Positions 19,274-25,099 of a stretch of DNA of 25,099 nt are shown here, one piece after another. The position numbers were made by a program, and so were the translations under genes. The notes beneath the pieces are model-generated. The model worked only from the letters and a program-made list of their open reading frames with translations. It had not been told where the DNA came from and searched no databases. Source of the stretch: Myxococcota bacterium (GTDB lineage Bacteria > Myxococcota > XYA12-FULL-58-9 > JALHOP01); the NCBI GenBank assembly GCA_041288095.1, contig JBGGMJ010000077.1:1-25099 (forward strand). The letters run 5' to 3'. Within the stretch, counting starts at the first letter, position 1. The number at the start of each line of letters is the position of its first letter.

Positions 19274-19327
19274 CTCGCGGTTTATCGCGGATTGGCAGGG
19301 CCTGGTTGCGCCCGGCCTGTCACGGAC

Positions 19328-19357
19328 GTGACTCGTGCCCGTCTGGGGGCTTATCCT
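19328..19357 (+). promoter_or_regulatory. Candidate sigma70-type promoter of prkA
   Basis: GTGACT-N18-TATCCT ends 9 nt before the ATG. Confidence 0.4.
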
Positions 19358-19366
19358 GAATAGGTC

Positions 19367-21637
19367 ATGGCCACCACCGACTCCACCGAGCTGCTGTCGA
19401 ACCTCGTAGACGACGTCCGCACCGCCTTCCGCGAGGACCGAACTATCCTGTCTTTCAAGGAGTATTTCGCGGCGGTGGTCGAAGACCCGGCCAGGCACCT
19501 GCGCTCGTCGGCCCAGTACCTCGTCGACATGTTCGAGCACTTCGGCCGCCAGGAGCTCGAGCTGCCGACCGGCAGGGCAACGCGCTTCAAGCTCTTCGAC
19601 GCGCCGTTCGCCGACGGCGAGGGTCGGGTCGCCGGCCAGGAGCACATTCAGGAGCAGCTCTACCGCATCATCGCGAACTTCGCGCGCGAGGGCAGGGTCA
19701 ACAAGATGATCTTGCTGCATGGCCCGAACGGCAGCGCCAAGAGCTCGATGGTGCGCTGCGTGATGGCGGCGATGGAGGCTTTCTCGCGCGTGCCCGAGGG
19801 CGCCCTCTACAGCTTCAACTGGATCTTCCCGAGCGAGCGCCTGGCGAGCGGCGCTATCGGCTTCGCGAACAACGGCCGTCGCGCCCCAGCGGCCGCCGGC
19901 GATTCCTACGCCTACTTGTCACCCGAGCAGATCGACGCGCGCGTGCCCGCCGAGATGCACGACCATCCGATCTTCTTGATCTCGCAAGAGCGGCGCGCCG
20001 AGCTCTTGAAGAAGCTGCTCCCGGAGTCCGCTAAAACGGTGGAGAATCCGGATGCTCCGCCGCGCGCTAGCATCAGCGACTACCTCCGCTTCGGTGACCT
20101 CTCGTACAAGTCACGCAAGATCTACGACGCCCTGCTCGCGAGCTATGACGGCGATATCGACAAGGTGTTGTCGCACGTGCAAGTCGAGCGTTTTTATCTG
20201 TCCAAGCGCTACCGGCGCGGCGTCGCGACCATCGAGCCGCAGATGTCGGTGGACGCGCGTATCCAACAGATCACCGCCGACCGCTCCCTAGGTTCCTTGC
20301 CCAAGGCGCTGCAGCACACCTCGCTGTACGAGCTTTCGGGGCCGCTCGTCGACGCCAACCGCGGCGTGCTCGAGTTCAGCGATCTGCTCAAGCGGCCGGT
20401 CGAGGCGTTCAAGTACCTGCTCAACACCATCGAGACCGCGACCGTGTCGATGGATTCGTTCGTGCTCCATCTCGACATGGTGTTCCTCGCGTCGACCAAC
20501 GAAATTTATCTCGACGCCTTCAAGGAGCATCCCGACTTCGCGTCCTTCAAGGGCCGCATGGAGCTGGTGAAGGTCCCCTACCTGCTGCGCTACCGCGACG
20601 AGAAGGCGATCTACCAGCCGCAGATCACCCCGCGCGTCGTCGGCCGGCACATCGCGCCGCATTCCATCGACGTGGCGGCGCTCTGGGCGGTGCTCACCCG
20701 CATGCGCAAGTGCGACGCGTCGCTGTATCCCAAGGAGATGCGCGGCGTCGTCGACTCGCTCACCCCCTACGAGAAGCTGCGCCTCTACGACGAGGGCGAG
20801 ACGCCGGACCGCTTGAGCAGCCGCGAAGCCAACGAGCTGCGCAATCTCGTGCACCAGCTCTACCGCGAGTCGCTCGGCTACCCGAACTACGAGGGCCGTT
20901 TCGGCGCTTCGGCCCGCGAGATCCGCACGGCGCTGCTCAACGCCGCGCACCACGACACCTACCAGTACCTGAGCCCTGTGGCCGTGCTCGACGAGATGCG
21001 GGAGATCTTGAAGGCGAAGAGCGTCTACGAGTTCCTGCGCCAAGAAGTGGTCGGCAAGTACCACGACCACGAAGCGTTCCTGAAACAGGCCGAGCAGCAT
21101 TATATTCAGTGGATTGACGAAGAAGTGCGCGACTCCATGGGCCTCGCCACTGACTCGTCCTACGGCGAGCTCTTCACCAAATACGTGAGCAACGTCTCGC
21201 ACTGGGTGAAGGGCGAGAAGATGCTCGACCAGGTGTCAGGGCAGTACCGCGACGCCGACAAGAGCTTCATGGGCGAGATCGAGGCCGTGTTGATGAGCGA
21301 GGGAGAGCGGTCCGAGGACTTCCGCCGAGCCGTCATCGGCAGCATCGGCGCCAGGGCCCTCGAGAACCCCAACGAGCGTCCCAACTACAACGACCTGTTC
21401 AAGCACTACATCCACCGGCTGCGCGAGGACTTCTTCACCAAGCGGCGCAAGGTCATCGAGCGCAACATCGAGAACTTCCTCAAGCTCACCAGCGACGACA
21501 AAGGGGTCGCGCTCGACGCCAAGGAGGCCCAGCAGGCCAAGGCCATGCTCGAGAGCCTGACCAAGCGCTATGGCTATAACGAGTCCTCGGCGCGCGACAC
21601 GGTGGCTTTCTTGCTCAAGCGTAAATACGCGGGGTAG
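19367..21637 (+). CDS. prkA: PrkA/YeaG family AAA+ serine protein kinase
   Basis: Walker A LHGPNGSAKSS, GPLVDANRGVLEFSDLLKRP, STNE, VKVPYLLRY, EGRFGASARE and C-terminal YGYNESSA. Confidence 0.9.
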   Translation: MATTDSTELLSNLVDDVRTAFREDRTILSFKEYFAAVVEDPARHLRSSAQYLVDMFEHFGRQELELPTGRATRFKLFDAPFADGEGRVAGQEHIQEQLYRIIANFAREGRVNKMILLHGPNGSAKSSMVRCVMAAMEAFSRVPEGALYSFNWIFPSERLASGAIGFANNGRRAPAAAGDSYAYLSPEQIDARVPAEMHDHPIFLISQERRAELLKKLLPESAKTVENPDAPPRASISDYLRFGDLSYKSRKIYDALLASYDGDIDKVLSHVQVERFYLSKRYRRGVATIEPQMSVDARIQQITADRSLGSLPKALQHTSLYELSGPLVDANRGVLEFSDLLKRPVEAFKYLLNTIETATVSMDSFVLHLDMVFLASTNEIYLDAFKEHPDFASFKGRMELVKVPYLLRYRDEKAIYQPQITPRVVGRHIAPHSIDVAALWAVLTRMRKCDASLYPKEMRGVVDSLTPYEKLRLYDEGETPDRLSSREANELRNLVHQLYRESLGYPNYEGRFGASAREIRTALLNAAHHDTYQYLSPVAVLDEMREILKAKSVYEFLRQEVVGKYHDHEAFLKQAEQHYIQWIDEEVRDSMGLATDSSYGELFTKYVSNVSHWVKGEKMLDQVSGQYRDADKSFMGEIEAVLMSEGERSEDFRRAVIGSIGARALENPNERPNYNDLFKHYIHRLREDFFTKRRKVIERNIENFLKLTSDDKGVALDAKEAQQAKAMLESLTKRYGYNESSARDTVAFLLKRKYAG

Positions 21638-21640
21638 GGT

Positions 21641-21670
21641 TTCAGCGCCTGACTAGTCATATGCTAGGGT
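21641..21670 (+). promoter_or_regulatory. Candidate extended -10 promoter giving a leaderless USP mRNA
   Basis: TGcTAGGGT ends 6 nt before ATG 21677. No SD is present. Confidence 0.45.
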
Positions 21671-21676
21671 GCCGCC

Positions 21677-22120
21677 ATGTCGAGCTCTGCCGCGCGTAAG
21701 AAGTTCCTCGTCCCGTTCAACTTCAGCCGTAAGTCGGAGATGGCGCTCGACTTTGCCCTCCGCTATGGCGCACATATCGAAGTCGATATCTACATGTTCC
21801 ACGTCTTCGAGGGGAAAGCGGGCGACTTCCGCAAGCTCGACCGTCAGAACGAGGAATACCTCGAGCGCATGAAGCTCACGGTGAACCAGTGGGTCGAGCG
21901 CGCCGCGCAAGAGGGCATCAACGCCCAGGCTCATGACGTCCACCGCCGCGTCGCCAACGGCAAGCCCGGCCTCGAGATCTTGAAGATGGCGGGCGGTATC
22001 AACGCCGACATGATCATCATGGGCGCGCCGACCTCGTTTGGCTTCCGCCGGCTGCTCACCAAGACGCCTTGCACCACGGTGCTCGTGAAGGATAAGGACG
22101 CGGGCTTCGTCGTCGCCTAG
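21677..22120 (+). CDS. Universal stress protein (USP)
   Basis: KKFLVPFNFSRKSEMALDFA, FHV, GKPGLEILKMA, ADMIIMG and TPCTTVLVK. Confidence 0.88.
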   Translation: MSSSAARKKFLVPFNFSRKSEMALDFALRYGAHIEVDIYMFHVFEGKAGDFRKLDRQNEEYLERMKLTVNQWVERAAQEGINAQAHDVHRRVANGKPGLEILKMAGGINADMIIMGAPTSFGFRRLLTKTPCTTVLVKDKDAGFVVA

Positions 22121-22159
22121 GCTCGTTGGATGGGCCCGGGCGCGGTCTCGGGGGTGCCC

Positions 22160-22651
22160 ATGGCAGGCGCAGCAGAAGAGAAGAACGAGAATCCGACGCG
22201 CTACACCGACATCGTGCGCGGGATGACCAAGGAAAAGTTCGTCGAGGCCCTGAGCGTTTCGACTCGGACCTCGCGCGAAGCTTACTTCCACCGCCATGGC
22301 GTCAAGGCGCCACCCTCAGGGCGCGGCTTCACCAAGCCCGGTGCCAAGAACGAGGCGCGCGCCGCGGGTCTTTACGAAGCTCTGATGGAGCGCGTCGACG
22401 AACAGGTCGCCGAGGAGATCTTGCGCACCTGGCTGCTCGGCAAGCGCCCCATGCTCGCCGCTGCCCTCGACCACCTGAAGATCGCGCATGACAACGGCCT
22501 CACCGAGAGCGACGACGTCGACCGCTTCGAGAAGCTGTCCGGGGCCGAGCTCAAGGACATGGTGAAGACGCTCGCGAAGGTGGCTCCGCCGGACGAAATC
22601 AAGGCGTACCTGAAGTACATGGGCGCCGAGAACGTCGACGGGGCGTTCTAG
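22160..22651 (+). CDS. Hypothetical protein
   Basis: ATG 22160 follows GGGGGT. Strong coding-like codon bias; probably co-transcribed with the USP gene. Confidence 0.75.
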   Translation: MAGAAEEKNENPTRYTDIVRGMTKEKFVEALSVSTRTSREAYFHRHGVKAPPSGRGFTKPGAKNEARAAGLYEALMERVDEQVAEEILRTWLLGKRPMLAAALDHLKIAHDNGLTESDDVDRFEKLSGAELKDMVKTLAKVAPPDEIKAYLKYMGAENVDGAF

Positions 22652-22669
22652 AGCTCGAGCGCGGGTTGC

Positions 22670-23098
22670 CTACCCGCGCTGCTCGCGCTTGATCCGCGCC
22701 AGCCACATGGCGAGCATGCCCTCGAGCTTGGCGACCGTTTCTTCGGAGAGGCGGTCGGCGGTGCTCCAGATCTGGCCGGGAAAGGCGACGCGCAGCTCTG
22801 CGGCGTGGCCGTAGAAGCGACTCGAGCCGCCGCGGTGGGCTTCGGCGCGCAGGTCCGCGATAGCGTTGCGCACGGCTTCGAGCTGGCGCAGGCCGTAGAT
22901 GCCGTCGCCGCTCGACCAGACGGGGTGGCCGCTCATGTACGACTCGCTCGACAGGAAAGCTTTGCGGCCTTCGCTGCCGCGCTGCCAGATGAGGATGCGA
23001 AAGCTGTCAGCCGGCGTCGGCACGAAGTCGCCGGCGCGGTCGTCGTCGTCGTGCCAGTCGCGCTGCTGGAGGGGAAACGGAGGGGTGAGATCGTTCAT
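22670..23098 (-). CDS. Hypothetical protein (142 aa)
   Basis: Protein-like sequence, preceded by a consensus sigma54 promoter. Confidence 0.65.
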   Translation of the reverse strand: MNDLTPPFPLQQRDWHDDDDRAGDFVPTPADSFRILIWQRGSEGRKAFLSSESYMSGHPVWSSGDGIYGLRQLEAVRNAIADLRAEAHRGGSSRFYGHAAELRVAFPGQIWSTADRLSEETVAKLEGMLAMWLARIKREQRG

Positions 23099-23113
23099 GA
23101 CAGGCGCGCTACG

Positions 23114-23208
23114 AGCAAGCGGGGTGCCACAATGTCAGGTCGCGTAAGTTACTGATTTTACATCAGCGAAGAGTGCGGCATGAACCCACATTGTGGGTGT
23201 TTGTCCTC
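23114..23208 (-). promoter_or_regulatory. Sigma54 promoter with IHF site and upstream activator-like sites
   Basis: Minus-strand TGGCAC-CCCGC-TTGCT at 23114-23129. AATCAGTAACTTA at 23145-23157 matches the IHF consensus WATCARNNNNTTR. Palindromic TGCGGCATGAACCCACA at 23174-23190. Confidence 0.75.
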
Positions 23209-23227
23209 GTAATGCCCACTCCGCCCC

Positions 23228-25099
23228 TCACCGAGCGCAACGGCTGCACAGATGGGCGCGTGGCTCGACGTGCATGTCGCCATCGCTAGCGGCGACCAGG
23301 CGCCCCTGGCGGTCGAAGACCAGCGACCCAGCGACCTGGGGCAGACCCTCCGATGGCTTGCCGTAGCGGACGCGAGTGAAGCCGTGACCGTCGGTGACGC
23401 GCTCGATTGCGACGACGCCATCGGTGCGGGTCCAGCGCGCGACGCGTGCAGCCAGCGGACCCTGGCCACGCTGAGCGGCCTCGACATCGGTGAGTGTCGC
23501 CACGGGAAGGTCGCGGGTGATGCGCGGGGTGGCGTCGGCGGCGAGGAGCCCGCGCCCCCGCAGGATGGCCTCGAGCCTCGCGACCGCCTGAGGCGATTCC
23601 GTTTCGCGCGCGCCGCGCAGGAGGGCGGCGCCGACGTCGTGCAAAGAGCCGCCGTCCTCCGGGAGAAACAGCAGCGCCGCGTGCAGAGTGCTCGCGGTGA
23701 CGTCGCGTACGCGTTGCACTTCGACGACGGGGTCGGTGGCGCCGCGCGCGGCCACCGAGGCCTGCGCCGCGAAGTGCTCGTAGAGCGCGCCTGAGATGAT
23801 CTGTGACACGTAGTGATGCTCGCCGGCGCGGCTACCCTCCGGCAGCCGCGGGAGGCCCAGCGCCGCCGCATCGAGCCCGGCGACGTCGCTGACGCGCAGT
23901 TGATTGGCGCCGTCCCGCAACGCCCGCTCGCCGTCGTCCTTGGGGTCGCGTGTGCTCGCCGAGACCGTGCGCGCGAGCTCTTCGCCGATGCGCGAAACGA
24001 AGTTGCTGCGCGTGAGATCGCCTTGCGTCTCGGCGAGGACGGCACGCGTGACCTCGGGCGAATCGAACGCGGTGAGCAGAGCGACGGAGTCACCGTAGGC
24101 CTCGTGCATCGCGCGCCCGGCCGGCGTCGAGAATAGCCCGGGCATGAGCGTCGCCAGCGCGGCGTGGCCTGCTTCGTGGCTGCCGACGAAGCGATCTTGG
24201 GCGAGACGCACGAGCTGGCCGGAGAGCGGTCTGATGCGCTCGATCTCGAAGCCCGCGCGCATCAGGTCGACGCCGTAGCGGGTGCGCGTCCCGAACCCCA
24301 CGAAGGCGTCCACCGGGAGCGGGTTCGTCGCCGGCGCCGGGGCTTGGCGTGTGCCGAAGAGCATGTCGGCGAGGCTCGTGCCCTGTGCGCGGCTCGGGTC
24401 GATGATTGCCTCTCGCTCGCGTTCCGCGGCGACGAGGCGCTGCACCTCGGGAACGTCGTCGCGTCGCGCTGCCTCGAGGACGGCGCGCAACGCCGACACC
24501 TGAGCGCGCACTTCGCGAAGACTCGCGGGCGGCTCACTCGTCGCGGTTGGCAGGACAGCCTCGGTCTCGCGCACGGCGCGCTCGCGTTCGGTGAGTGCGT
24601 GCTCGAGGAAGGCGACGCTCGAGCCATCGAGCGGCACGAGACGGCCGCCGCGGACATTGCCGAGAGAGCCGAGCTGGACCTCGCGCGTGCCGCCCTGGAA
24701 AAACGCGTTGAGCTCCAGGCTGCTCGAGCCGACGAAGGCGTTCGGACGCACGGTGAGCTGCCCGTCGTCTCCCCAGAGGATCGGCCTGCGAGCCGCGCGC
24801 TCCGCGAGCGTAATCGTCTGATTGGCCGCGAGGAACGCCGTGGTCTGCGCCGTGTCGACGTCGGCGGCGTCGAAATTCCCGTCCGCGTTAGCGGTCACAG
24901 GGGTCACCATGCTCGGCTCGGTGATCACGTTCGTCGTCAAGAAGCCGATGATGGGGAGCTGCGAGAGGCCGGGAATGTTCGACTCGGCGGTCTTGATGTC
25001 ACCATCGACGCGGATACGCACGCGCGGTCCTTCGAGAGTCGTTGCCCCGCCGGTCGCGCAGTAGAACGCGTTGCCGGGTAGAGTCGCGACCGTGGCCGG
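23228..25099 (-). CDS. Thermolysin-like (M4/M36-type gluzincin) metallopeptidase, 5' end outside the window
   Basis: The frame is open to 25099. Motifs: LNAFF, HEAGH zinc motif, third ligand in HEAYGD, and EHH...ISGALY. Confidence 0.75.
   Translation of the reverse strand, partial: PATVATLPGNAFYCATGGATTLEGPRVRIRVDGDIKTAESNIPGLSQLPIIGFLTTNVITEPSMVTPVTANADGNFDAADVDTAQTTAFLAANQTITLAERAARRPILWGDDGQLTVRPNAFVGSSSLELNAFFQGGTREVQLGSLGNVRGGRLVPLDGSSVAFLEHALTERERAVRETEAVLPTATSEPPASLREVRAQVSALRAVLEAARRDDVPEVQRLVAAEREREAIIDPSRAQGTSLADMLFGTRQAPAPATNPLPVDAFVGFGTRTRYGVDLMRAGFEIERIRPLSGQLVRLAQDRFVGSHEAGHAALATLMPGLFSTPAGRAMHEAYGDSVALLTAFDSPEVTRAVLAETQGDLTRSNFVSRIGEELARTVSASTRDPKDDGERALRDGANQLRVSDVAGLDAAALGLPRLPEGSRAGEHHYVSQIISGALYEHFAAQASVAARGATDPVVEVQRVRDVTASTLHAALLFLPEDGGSLHDVGAALLRGARETESPQAVARLEAILRGRGLLAADATPRITRDLPVATLTDVEAAQRGQGPLAARVARWTRTDGVVAIERVTDGHGFTRVRYGKPSEGLPQVAGSLVFDRQGRLVAASDGDMHVEPRAHLCSRCAR

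Noticed and set aside
19274-19720. N-terminal 149 aa of the 520-aa ORF 18158-19720
   Set aside because: It runs antisense through the start of prkA and the divergent promoter region. Only the downstream hydrolase part looks coding.
24218-24661. Intein as the explanation for the peptidase insertion
   Set aside because: There is no terminal His-Asn followed by Cys/Ser/Thr, and no splicing or LAGLIDADG blocks.

Overview
GC-rich bacterial DNA. The gene content and many Cys-lipoproteins suggest a Myxococcota/Deltaproteobacteria-like host, which is an inference. The backbone is a stress and proteostasis region: an RND efflux permease cut by the left window edge, hrcA-grpE-dnaK-dnaJ in canonical order on the minus strand but split by two inserted blocks, a divergent clpX with no clpP, a Ppx/GppA phosphatase, an alpha/beta hydrolase, prkA, a USP, several hypotheticals and a thermolysin-like metallopeptidase cut by the right edge. 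The most interesting element lies between grpE and dnaK. It is a translationally coupled six-gene operon: Slam/DUF560-like outer-membrane barrel, exported FecR-domain protein, unannotated 64-aa exported peptide, ECF sigma factor, single-TM anti-sigma candidate, and an Arg-rich 18-aa-repeat DUF3106-like protein. It faces away from a lipoprotein gene, with two back-to-back ECF-type promoters sharing the motif CGCAACTT-N13-CGGTTC. The small peptide carries the same acidic Leu-rich 21-residue motif as the anti-sigma tail, which suggests a decoy or mimic mechanism. No rRNA, tRNA, CRISPR array or mobile element was seen. All family calls come from motif recognition by eye; no database search was run.
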